DNA of 64,000 nucleotides from Balanoglossus misakiensis. Its lineage: Eukaryota; Animalia; Hemichordata. Within the stretch, counting starts at the first letter, position 1. Each line of letters begins with the position of its first letter. The position numbers and the translations under genes are program-made. This document shows, piece after piece, positions 54,237-64,000 of the stretch. The stretch lies in assembly GCA_040954595.2 (NCBI GenBank), contig CM082577.2, forward strand, positions 9,263,846-9,327,845. The letters are read 5' to 3'. The notes beneath the pieces were generated by a model that ran no database searches, was not told the DNA's origin, and worked only from the letters and a program-made list of their open reading frames with translations.

Positions 54237-57200
54237 TTATGTTGGCTTGTCTTCAGTTTTCTCTTGCTTCTTCTCAGCTGCTGCATCTGTTGAATCTTCC
54301 TTTGGTGTCTCCTTTTCAGCTGCAGGTGCTTCTGCAGGAGGTGTTGGTTCTGTAGGCTTGTCTTCAGTTGTCTCTGCGGCTGCATCTTCTTTTGGTGTCT
54401 CCTTTTCAGCTGCAGGTGCTTCTGCAGGAGTTGTTGGTTCTGTGGGTTTGTCTTCAGTTTTCTCAGCTGCTGCATCTGTTGTATCTTCCTTTGGTGTCTC
54501 CTTTTCAGCTGCAGGTGCTTCTGCAGGAGATGTTGGTTCTGTGGGTTTGTCTTCAGTTTTCTCTGCGGCTGCATCTTCCTTTGGTGTCTCCTTTTCAGCT
54601 GCCGGTGCTTCTGCTGCAGGTGTTGGTTCTGTGGGTTTTTCTTCAGTTTTCTCTGCAGCTGCATCTTCCTTTGGTGTCTCCTTTTCAGCTGCAGGTGCTT
54701 CTGCTGCAGGTGTTGGTTCTGTGGGTTTTTCTTCAGTTTTCTCTGCGGCTGCATCTTCCTTTGGTGTCTCCTTTTCAGCTGCCGGTGCTTCTGCAGGAGG
54801 TGTTGGTTCTGTGGGTTTTTCTTCAGTTTTCTCTGCAGCTGCATCTTCCTTTGGTGTCTCCTTTTCAGCTGCAAGTGCTTCTGCAGGAGGTGATGGTTCT
54901 GTAGGTTTTTCTTCAGTTTTCTCAGCTGCTGCATCTGTTGTATCTTCCTTTGGTGTCTCCTTTTCAGCTGCCGGTGCTTCTGCTGCAGGTGTTGGTTCTG
55001 TGGGTTTTTCTTCAGTTTTCTCTGCAGCTGCATCTTCCTTTGGTGTCTCCTTTTCAGCTGCAGGTGCTTCTGCAGGAGGTGTTGGTTCTGTGGGTTTTTC
55101 TTCAGTTTTCTCTGCGGCTGCATCTTCCTTTGGTGTCTCCTTTTCAGCTGCAGGTGCTTCTGCAGCAGGTGTTGATTCTGTGGGTTTTTCTTCAGTTTTC
55201 TCTGCGGCTGCATCTTCTTTTGGTGTTTCCTTTTCAGCTGCAGGTGCTTCTGCTGCAGGTGTTGGTTCTGTGGGTTTTTCTTCAGTTTTCTCTGCGGCTG
55301 CATCTTCTTTTGGTGTCTCCTTTTCAGCTGCCGGTGCTTCTGCAGGAGGTGTTGGTTCTGTGGGTTTTTCTTCAGTTTTCTCTGCGGCTGCATCTTCCTT
55401 TGGTGTCTCCTTTTCAGCTGCAGGTGCTTCTGCAGCAGGTGTTGATTCTGTGGGTTTTTCTTCAGTTTTCTCTGCGGCTGCATCTTCTTTTGGTGTTTCC
55501 TTTTCAGCTGCAGGTGCTTCTGCTGCAGGTGTTGGTTCTGTGGGTTTTTCTTCAGTTTTCTCTGCGGCTGCATCTTCCTTTGGTGTCTCCTTTTCAGCTG
55601 CCGGTGCTTCTGCAGGAGGTGTTGGTTCTGTGGGTTTTTCTTCAGTTTTCTCTGCGGCTGCATCTTCCTTTGGTGTCTCCTTTTCAGCTGCCGGTGCTTC
55701 TGCTGCAGGTGTTGGTTCTGTGGGTTTTTCTTCAGTTTTCTCTGCAGCTGCATCTTCCTTTGGTGTCTCCTTTTCAGCTGCAGGTGCTTCTGCAGCAGGT
55801 GTTGATTCTGTGGGTTTGTCTTCAGTTTTCTCAGCTGCTGCATCTGTTGTATCTTCCTTTGGTGTCTCCTTTTCAGCTGCAGGTGCTTCTGCAGGAGTTG
55901 TTGGTTCTGTGGGTTTGTCTTCAGTTTTCTCTGCAGCTGCATCTTCCTTTGGTGTCTCCTTTTCAGCTGCAGGTGCTTCTGCAGCAGGTGTTGATTCTGT
56001 GGGTTTGTCTTCAGTTTTCTCAGCTGCTGCATCTGTTGTATCTTCCTTTGGTGTCTCCTTTTCAGCTGCAGGTGCTTCTGCAGGAGGTGTTGGTTCTGTG
56101 GGTTTGTCTTCAGTTTTCTCTGCAGCTGCATCTTCCTTTGGTGTTTCCTTTTCAGCTGCAGGTGCTTCTGCAGGAGTTGTTGGTTCTGTGGGTTTGTCTT
56201 CAGTTTTCTCAGCTGCTGCATCTGTTGTATCTTCCTTTGGTGTCTCCTTTTCAGCTGCAGGTGCTTCTGCAGGAGGTGTTGGTTCTGTGGGTTTGTCTTC
56301 AGTTTTCTCAGCTGCTGCATCTGTTGTATCTTCCTTTGGTGTCTCCTTTTCAGCTGCAGGTGCTTCTGCAGGAGGTGTTGGTTCTGTGGGTTTGTCTTCA
56401 GTTTTCCCTGTGGCTGCATCTTCTTTTGGTGTCTCCTTTTCAGCTGCCGGTGCTTCTGCTGCAGGTGTTGGTTCTGTGGGTTTTTCTTCAGTTTTCTCTG
56501 CAGCTGCATCTTCCTTTGGTGTCTCCTTTTCAGCTGCACGTGCTTCTGCAGGAGTTGTTGGTTCTGTGGGTTTGTCTTCAGTTTTCTCAGCTGCTGCATC
56601 TGTTGTATCTTCCTTTGGTGTCTCCTTTTCAGCTGCAGGTGCTTCTGCAGGAGTTGTTGGTTCTGTGGGTTTGTCTTCAGTTTTCTCAGCTGCTGCATCT
56701 GTTGTATCTTCCTTTGGTGTCTCCTTTTCAGCTGCAGGTGCTTCTGCAGGAGTTGTTGGTTCTGTGGGTTTGTCTTCAGTTTTCTCAGCTGCTGCATCTG
56801 TTGTATCTTCCTTTGGTGTTTCCTTTTCAGCTGCAGGTGCTTCTGCAGGAGTTGTTGGTTCTGTGGGTTTGTCTTCAGTTTTCTCAGCTGCTGCATCTGT
56901 TGTATCTTCCTTTGGTGTCTCCTTTTCAGCTGCAGGTGCTTCTGCAGCAGGTGTTGATTCTGTGGGTTTGTCTTCAGTTTTCTCTGCGGCTGCATCTTCC
57001 TTTGGTGTCTCCTTTTCAGCTGCAGGTGCTTCTGCAGCAGGTGTTGATTCTGTGGGTTTGTCTTCAGTTTTCACTGCGGCTGCATCTTCTTTTGGTGTTT
57101 CCTTTTCAGCTGCCGGTGCTTCTGCTGCAGGTGTTGGTTCTGTGGGTTTTTCTTCAGTTTTCTCTGCAGCTGCATCTTCCTTTGGTGTCTCCTTTTCAGC

Positions 57201-58238
57201 TGCAAGTGCTTCTGCAGGAGTTGTTAGTTCTGTGGGTTTGTCTTCAGTTTTCTCAGCTGCTGCATCTGTTGTATCTTCCTTTGGTGTCTCCTTTTCAGCT
57301 GCAGGTGCTTCTGCAGGAGGTGTTGGTTCTGTGGGTTTGTCTTCAGTTTTCACTGCGGCTGCATCTTCTTTTGGTGTCTCCTTTTCAGCTGCCGGTGCTT
57401 CTGCTGCAGGTGTTGGTTCTGTGGGTTTTTCTTCAGTTTTCTCTGCAGCTGCATCTTCCTTTGGTGTCTCCTTTTCAGCTGCAGGTGCTTCTGCAGGAGT
57501 TGTTGGTTCTGTGGGTTTGTCTTCAGTTTTCTCAGCTGCTGCATCTGTTGTATCTTCCTTTGGTGTCTCCTTTTCAGCTGCAGGTGCTTCTGCAGGAGGT
57601 GTTGGTTCTGTAGGTTTGTCTTCAGTTTTCTCTGCGGCTGCATCTTCTTTTGGTGTCTCCTTTTCAGCTGCAGGTGCTTCTGCGGGAGGTGTTGGTTCTG
57701 TAGGTTTGTCTTCAGTTTTCTCTGCGGCTGCATCTTCTTTTGGTGTCTCCTTTTCAGCTGCAGGTGCTTCTGCAGGAGGCGTTTGTTCTGCATGTTTGTC
57801 TTCAGTTTTGTCTACTTCCTTCTCTGCTGCTGCATCTGACGTCTGTTCCTTTGATACCTCGTCTGCAGTCGTTCCATCTGCTGCATCCGTTTTCGAATCC
57901 GAGGATTGTTCCTCCGCAGTATCATTGCTCACAGCAGGTTTCTCTTCTTCAGACTTTTGGGTTTCCCCTGCACCATTCTCACCTGGAGCATCTTTTCCCT
58001 CCTTAGTAGGAGCCCCATCCACAACCTTCACGTCTTTGGCATCACCAGCATCAGCATTCCCGATCTTCTCCGGCTGTGCCTTGGTGCCCTCCCCAACTTG
58101 CTTCTTCAGACCCTCCTCCGATTCTACGTGGTTCTCGACTTCGTTCGTGGACATCTTTGCCCTCCGCTGAAAGTATGCAATAACCAAACATAGGCATGTT
58201 ACCAGCCCAATCAACAATGCGACCAGACACTCCGACAT
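54237..58238 (-). CDS. Large acidic A/E/K/T/P-rich tandem-repeat protein (1305-1333 aa), predicted disordered; function unknown
   Basis: Single 4-kb ORF; unique N-terminal ~150 aa of the same composition; repeat indels are all multiples of 3; candidate minus-strand AATAAA near 52670. Start is either 58238 or 58154 (after acceptor tttcag at 58167). Confidence 0.8.
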   Translation of the reverse strand: MSECLVALLIGLVTCLCLVIAYFQRRAKMSTNEVENHVESEEGLKKQVGEGTKAQPEKIGNADAGDAKDVKVVDGAPTKEGKDAPGENGAGETQKSEEEKPAVSNDTAEEQSSDSKTDAADGTTADEVSKEQTSDAAAEKEVDKTEDKHAEQTPPAEAPAAEKETPKEDAAAEKTEDKPTEPTPPAEAPAAEKETPKEDAAAEKTEDKPTEPTPPAEAPAAEKETPKEDTTDAAAEKTEDKPTEPTTPAEAPAAEKETPKEDAAAEKTEEKPTEPTPAAEAPAAEKETPKEDAAAVKTEDKPTEPTPPAEAPAAEKETPKEDTTDAAAEKTEDKPTELTTPAEALAAEKETPKEDAAAEKTEEKPTEPTPAAEAPAAEKETPKEDAAAVKTEDKPTESTPAAEAPAAEKETPKEDAAAEKTEDKPTESTPAAEAPAAEKETPKEDTTDAAAEKTEDKPTEPTTPAEAPAAEKETPKEDTTDAAAEKTEDKPTEPTTPAEAPAAEKETPKEDTTDAAAEKTEDKPTEPTTPAEAPAAEKETPKEDTTDAAAEKTEDKPTEPTTPAEARAAEKETPKEDAAAEKTEEKPTEPTPAAEAPAAEKETPKEDAATGKTEDKPTEPTPPAEAPAAEKETPKEDTTDAAAEKTEDKPTEPTPPAEAPAAEKETPKEDTTDAAAEKTEDKPTEPTTPAEAPAAEKETPKEDAAAEKTEDKPTEPTPPAEAPAAEKETPKEDTTDAAAEKTEDKPTESTPAAEAPAAEKETPKEDAAAEKTEDKPTEPTTPAEAPAAEKETPKEDTTDAAAEKTEDKPTESTPAAEAPAAEKETPKEDAAAEKTEEKPTEPTPAAEAPAAEKETPKEDAAAEKTEEKPTEPTPPAEAPAAEKETPKEDAAAEKTEEKPTEPTPAAEAPAAEKETPKEDAAAEKTEEKPTESTPAAEAPAAEKETPKEDAAAEKTEEKPTEPTPPAEAPAAEKETPKEDAAAEKTEEKPTEPTPAAEAPAAEKETPKEDAAAEKTEEKPTESTPAAEAPAAEKETPKEDAAAEKTEEKPTEPTPPAEAPAAEKETPKEDAAAEKTEEKPTEPTPAAEAPAAEKETPKEDTTDAAAEKTEEKPTEPSPPAEALAAEKETPKEDAAAEKTEEKPTEPTPPAEAPAAEKETPKEDAAAEKTEEKPTEPTPAAEAPAAEKETPKEDAAAEKTEEKPTEPTPAAEAPAAEKETPKEDAAAEKTEDKPTEPTSPAEAPAAEKETPKEDTTDAAAEKTEDKPTEPTTPAEAPAAEKETPKEDAAAETTEDKPTEPTPPAEAPAAEKETPKEDSTDAAAEKKQEKTEDKPT
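54260..57790. repeat. Coding minisatellite of ~38 units, 90 and 99 bp
   Basis: Unit AAAEKTE(D/E)KPTEPT(P/T)(P/A)AEAPAAEKETPKED, with or without TTD. Confidence 0.95.
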
Positions 58239-61200
58239 TTTTCCCCAAGAAGCACCTGGTGAAAGTTTTGCACACTGCGAGGTTAGTGTTAATGCTTGCG
58301 AAAATGTGCCTATCCTAGGGTTGAATGCCTATTCTATTGTTTTTGTTGGAATTGTTTGGACTCAAGAGGCATCTGGTGTGGTGTATATTCACAGAGGTGT
58401 GACTCGGGTACATCTGAAATGTAAAAAAGTTGGTGATTGGCTTGTGATTTTAGAAATGGGTCATGATGAATTAGTGGGAGAAGTGGAAAGGTTAAACCGG
58501 CCCAGTGATTTAAGTTTAGTAATGGCTTACACCCAAAGATCAAGTGATGATTGCAAGTAAGGTCCGAGAATAAAACTGTGCACATAGTTGTGGTAATCCA
58601 GTGTTTTGTTCCAGAGTTTCTCTTTGCGTTGCGTGTATCCTTGTACGCTGGTTCAGACTGTTCATCTCTGTTTTCATGTCACATTTTAGAATAGGTTGTA
58701 AAAAGCCAAATTAACATAGCCCTCTTATTGTGATGCACCTGTGAACCCACAGTGATGTTATTTTAAAAGAAGGAAGCATGCAGCTCTGTATGAAGGAGCA
58801 ATAAAGGCCTGGGCAAGCTGGCGTTTAGGCGCGTGCGGATTGACGGCATGACGTCATTTAAAAATGCTAGTTGCTTTTGCATAAAAATGTCGCAAGATGA
58901 CAAGAGCAGTGTGTGTATATACGGGTGTCTGTGCATTTGGGAATTGACCATACCTTTTCACCAGCACATCATTGTTTAGTCACACTAATTTCAATAGCAT
59001 AATTGGGATTATGGACTCAGAAATGGGGGTAAAAGGGTTAGAAGAATATTCAATGACTTTCAAGTACAGTGTATTGTCATGCAGGAGTATTATGGGCAAT
59101 GTCTATGAAAATCTAGGATGAGGAATTTTTAAATTCCTATGTGAGATCTTAGAATGAGAAAATGATAGAATTACTTAATTCGTTTAAGAACATACATAAA
59201 TCTTATGAGATTCTTACAAGTTTTAATCATTATTCAGGTATATTTGATATGTGTACATGTATCTATATAGCCTTTCATATAACTGTCTGATATGTGACAG
59301 CCGACATCGTACGTGTGCAGTGACATGTTGGGAGGTCAGAGGTCATATTTTATCAGTCTGGGTCCAAATGCAGGTCATCGAATGGTCCTTGTACATGTCC
59401 TGGTTAATTAATTAATTTGTTGACAAGCTTAATCTTTTGTTGACAAACGATCGATAACTATAAATTAAAGTTAACTCCTCAAACCCGTCATTCATTTTTT
59501 TCTGGGGGGGGGGGAGGGGCATTTCAAACTGAAAATGGACACCTTTTTTGACTGAAAATTAAAATCCTGTTGATGTCTTGACTCCTTTTTGGTGTATTAA
59601 ATTCAGTTCTTGCATTTAAAGAAGCAAACTTTTGGCATGACAATATTATATTCAGCAATCTCTTCAATATAGATAAGAATAGATTAGTTTATTCTAATTT
59701 ACTGCTGGAGAGTTTTCTGCAAAGTGTGGGGAATGCTGAGAATGGCTGAATGATTTTATAGACTCAAGTACCTGTAATTCTAAAAATTCAATTCCTCTCC
59801 AAAATTGTAGAATTTTGTTTCCATTTTTTCTATTTGGTTCGTGCTTGTGACATGTAATAATTAACCTCAATTTTGGACATTTGCAGGTTCCTACTTTTCA
59901 TATTGCAAATGATTTTTTTCCTAGAGGCCTTCGCGTGTCCATCAATAATTTGCAAGCCTTCAGAATGTTGTACTGTTTGTGGTGCCATTACCTGGTGGTA
60001 TAAAGTAGGACTACATGCTTTTGACGACCAACAGAACTGGTTGCGAAAGAGGTTTACGTCAGTCTTTGATCCGGGCGTATATCAAGTGTTTGATTGTTAG
60101 GTCAGTGATTTAGAACATTTTTTGTAGGAGGTGTTGTCATCGGTTTCAGACCGGTACACAGTGCTTGGGTGGCTGGACAATAACGTCTCTGTCCATTCAC
60201 GGATAGGTTATCAGAAAATGCCAAGTTGCTCAAAGAACGCCAGTTTCCTGTGTCATAGAAACTAAACGTAACGTCTAGACTTTTTTTTTGTGGCGTGTGT
60301 TTGATTTAGAGTTCGATGACATCAGCTTGACAACATGTTAACTATGCTGAACACATGTTTTAGCTAGGGAAGTTGCAAGTTTTTCAGTCGTGTGTACTGC
60401 TATCATTTGGTTTCAATTTGCATTTGTGATGCAAGTTAGAAACCTTGTGGGACAAAATGTCACAGAACATTTTGCGTAATATCGATAAATCGAAGATTCT
60501 TCTTTGCGAACACTTAAACTTTATTTGATCGGCTTGGCAAGCGGCTGACAGTTGTGGGGGCAGAAATCAATGACTGAAGGCACTGTACAAAGTGTGGCCA
60601 AAGTCTGACTTGGAATCTTGCCAATATCGGCTGAACTCAAAAACAGGTCAGTGTTCAAGGCAGCATGTGCACGGCGTCATCCGCACGCACCTGGTCATCC
60701 AGTTCTGCCTGGCCAATCAACTTGACCCAGTGACCTCTGCCTCTGATTTCTTTGTTGACCCTAACCTCTATTCTCGGCCATAAAAACGACAATGCGTCAA
60801 GCCCTTGTGTTTGATCAGATGAATATGTACACGAACAACACTGTAAAGCAAATTCTGCTTTATCGGCATGCAGGGTGTCATACAGCAAACCAACTTTGTT
60901 TGTGAACATCAAATCAAGATGAATTTAGATTATCTGTCAAGTTCGGCCCCTCAAACTGTCATACATGGTTTGTTTTTGTGCATGTTCTGTGTACATATAG
61001 ATGTTGTCAATTGAATTTTTGTACTCATGGAGTGTTTAACTAATGAGTCGTCCAGTTTCTTTATGACATGAATTGTTAAAAGTACACCAATCATAAATTG
61101 TCATCCAGTGTATAGATTTGATGTTTCACCCATCAATTATTTGCAACCAATATTAAACATTTTCCTCTTCAGTAATTGAAGTCCAACATACCAATCAAAC

Positions 61201-62501
61201 TAAAGCTTGTAACTGTATAAAAACTACACCCAGTATGTCACCATACACATAATGTACTTTAGCTTAAATCCTCCAAACAAACCATGTAACTAATGATTTC
61301 GCTGAATGTTAGTATTATCATCATCAGTGGAGACCAGAGTTTGCCGGTCACCATAATAGCCAACTAACAAACTAATAATTCAGACAAACCGTGATAATTA
61401 AAATACCTCAGAACAAATGTTTAGCATAGCAACCAAGACCTACCAGCAAAATACTCAGATGTAAAACATTCCCAACAGATGAATTTTACACATCCATGCG
61501 ATAGGTATCTAACATTTACAGTCATATGATGTATGTAGCACGTTTTATTTTCATTTCTGTATATTAAAAGATTCTTACAACTAACAATAAGGGGGAGCAG
61601 ATGAAAATTGAAATGCAAGTGTCATCGCAGAGACACGAAAGGTTTCACCAATCCTTGACCTCTGATGAAAAGGTCGAATTGGATGACTGGCTCATGACTG
61701 GCAAACACCAAACAAACAAACGAATGGGAATCGAGTCTGACTTGGGGGGGGGGGGGGGGGGGTTAAAAAGTCAGGCATTGACAAACCCGATAATAATTCA
61801 GATCATTGTGCTATTTTAGGAAGTGTTTTTTGGCCTGTGAATACAGAACTGTGTGTCGGCCACACCTAATTGTGCCAGTCAGAACGGTGATTTGAGGTAA
61901 AACCTAATAGTTTCCTAAAAACTAATAGTTACCCGTTCATAAACACTTCCCAGTTACCACTGCAGAAAGAGAATCGAACACAATCTCCTTGAATTCTTAA
62001 TGTGAGGTACCGTGTTCCTGCTGTCAATATTTCTCTTTGTCGACTGTACCAAACTTTTGCCTTTTACTAGGGTCAGAAGGTCGTTAGGTAATTGAATTCC
62101 AAAAATTATCGCAGAGTTTATCAGCGGGAATATTGGATCAGTTTGCATGCAGTTCACCAGGAACTGGATTATGTTTAAACATTTGAAGAAATTGGGAAAA
62201 AAATCACACTTTTTAGGTAAAAAGTACTTTATATTTTATCTAATATCTTTTCTGAATGGGCATGTGTTAGAACAACGACAGCTCTGCAGCCAAGAGCATT
62301 CAGGGTTCAGTTCCTTCACCTCACTTCAGTGATTCTCTTTGTCTGTTTGAACTGTTAGGAATTTTTTCGATTTTGGTCACAATTTGTGTAAACAATCGCA
62401 AGGAAAGAGATCCTTAGTGACAGCTGAGCCTACTTCATGAGAGATGTCAAGCCTGAAGTTGTTACTTAGCTGTAAATGACACTAGATTTATGCACCTGGC
62501 T

Positions 62502-64000
62502 TTATTACGGGCCCAAGCCAAGCCAGGCTTGGGCCCGTATTGGTTTCGTTGGGGTTTTTTACGGGCCCAAGCCAAGCCAGGCTTGGGCCCGTATTGGTTT
62601 CGTTGGAATTTTTTACGGGCCCAAGCCAAGCCAGGCTTGGGCCCGTATTGGTTTCGTTGGGGTTTTTACGGGCCCAAGCCAAGCCAGGCTTGGGCCCGTA
62701 TTGGTTTCGTTGGAATTTTACTTTCTTTCTTTCTTTATTCTTGTGTCAATTCTTTGACCCACGAGATCTCAGACACCGCTGCAGGTACACTTCTGAAACT
62801 TGCTACAGTGGTCAAGGTCAATGAGTAGTCGTGCATTGAACCCTTGAATTTTTAATTAGTCACGTGACCTGGCGGCCATCTTGGATTTTCTGAAAAAATG
62901 CAAATCTCAGATCTCAGAAACTACAAGTCAGATCGACTTCAAATTTGGCAAGCTGGTAGACTACCTTCTGCCCATCATTTTTGTAATTAGAAATTATGCT
63001 GACAAAGTTGCAGTTTTTTGCTACAATTTTTTTTCTGAAATCTGGCTTAAATTTTAAAAATCTTCTTCTCCAGAACCAGTGAAAACCAAGACACGGGGTT
63101 TTGGGTATGTGGTCACCTAACTGATGTCTATCAAGTTTGCGAAGATCATTGTGATTGGTCGAAGATTATGGCGGCCATATTGGATTTTCGTAAAACCCTA
63201 GTAAAATTTCAAAAATCTTCTTCTCAAGAACCGGCGATAACTGAGTCACAAGATTTGGTGTGTGTGGTCATTAAACAGATGTCTATCAAATTTGCGAAGA
63301 GGAATGTAATTGGTCGAAGATTATGGCGGCCATATTGGATTTTGTGAAAAACAATTAAAAAGTAAAAATTCCCTTTCTAGCCTAAAAATTGATAGCACAG
63401 AAATTCTTTTTATGGATATGAATCATCATATGCCAAGAATAAGCTATAAATATTTTGGTAATTTTGGCAATGACCTTTGACCTACTTTTGACGCATCATT
63501 TTTCTGCATATCTAATTCCAGGCTACCCAATAGGGCTATAAGTTTGGTTTTTGATGTATGTGGATTTGTATGTGATCAAAAAATTTTGCTACTTTTCATG
63601 AGCCCTTTGACCTCTGGTGACCTCATTAAATATGCGCATACCTAATTAATGATCAACCAATAGACCTTAGAGGTTTTGTTTTTGTTATACATGGACCAGT
63701 ATGGGGTCAAAATATTTTGCCCAAATGTTGGGTGACCTCGGGTGACCTTTGACCTACTTTTGCATATCTCGACATCCACACCAGATACAGCCTTGGCGTT
63801 TGGAGGTATCGGGCCATAATGAAAAGCCAAAGTTTTGGGTCACCTGTGACACCTGCTTTACTCATTATTTATGTGCATACCTAATTCCGGGCTAACCAAA
63901 AGGGCTAGATGTCTGGTTTTTGTTGGACATGGACCACTATGGGTCAAAATTTTCTGCCCAAATTTTGGATGAAGTCAGATGACCTTTGACCTACTTTTGC
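62502..64000. mobile_element. Non-autonomous Helentron/HINE-like element (runs off the window)
   Basis: Palindromic terminal module, then short (TTTC)n, then ~156-bp imperfect tandem repeats (AAAATCTTCTTCTC.AGAACC at ~63057/63211; ATTGGTCGAAGATTATGGCGGCCATATTGGATTTT at ~63153/63309) and TGACCTTTGACC motifs. Confidence 0.65.
62506..62720. repeat. Four tandem copies of a 53-54-bp palindromic unit
   Basis: TACGGGCCCAAGCC-AAGCCA-GGCTTGGGCCCGTA-TTGGTTTCGTTGG starting at 62506, 62560, 62614 and 62667. Confidence 0.95.

Noticed and set aside
54113-58170. 1321-aa antisense ORF and 960/891-aa alternative-frame ORFs
   Set aside because: Stop-free by-products of the tandem repeat. The E/K/A/P frame has a compositionally consistent unique N-terminus, an acceptor and a polyA signal.
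62506-62720. CRISPR-like appearance of palindromic repeats
   Set aside because: No unique spacers, no cas genes, and a eukaryotic context.

Overview
Intron-rich animal genomic DNA, probably a marine invertebrate (taxon inferred from composition and repeat types only). No prokaryotic features, RNA genes or CRISPR arrays were seen. From left to right: (1) A minus-strand gene running off the left edge. A TRIM RING/B-box/B-box/coiled-coil exon (7806-8909) can splice in frame to RanBP2/Nup358-type exons: two Ran-binding domains, seven RanBP2 zinc fingers, FG-like spacers and an IR SUMO-E3 repeat. No Nup358 N-terminal exons were found upstream, so this looks like a TRIM-Nup358 chimera and is the most interesting signal. 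(2) Four paralogous six-exon genes for ~350-aa secreted proteins, each with a signal peptide, propeptide, an unnamed ~105-aa two-Cys module and one GDPH-type VWD domain. (3) Two vanin/biotinidase-family genes interleaved with them. (4) A decayed THAP + SWIM/YqaJ (ISL2EU-like) transposon with an internal inversion, inside an intron. (5) A multi-exon tolloid-like astacin-CUB-EGF metalloprotease. (6) A ~1300-aa acidic protein made of 30/33-aa tandem repeats. (7) A Helentron/HINE-like element at the right edge, plus MITEs and long microsatellites. Exon boundaries were read by eye from GT/AG sites and phase compatibility and have no transcript confirmation.
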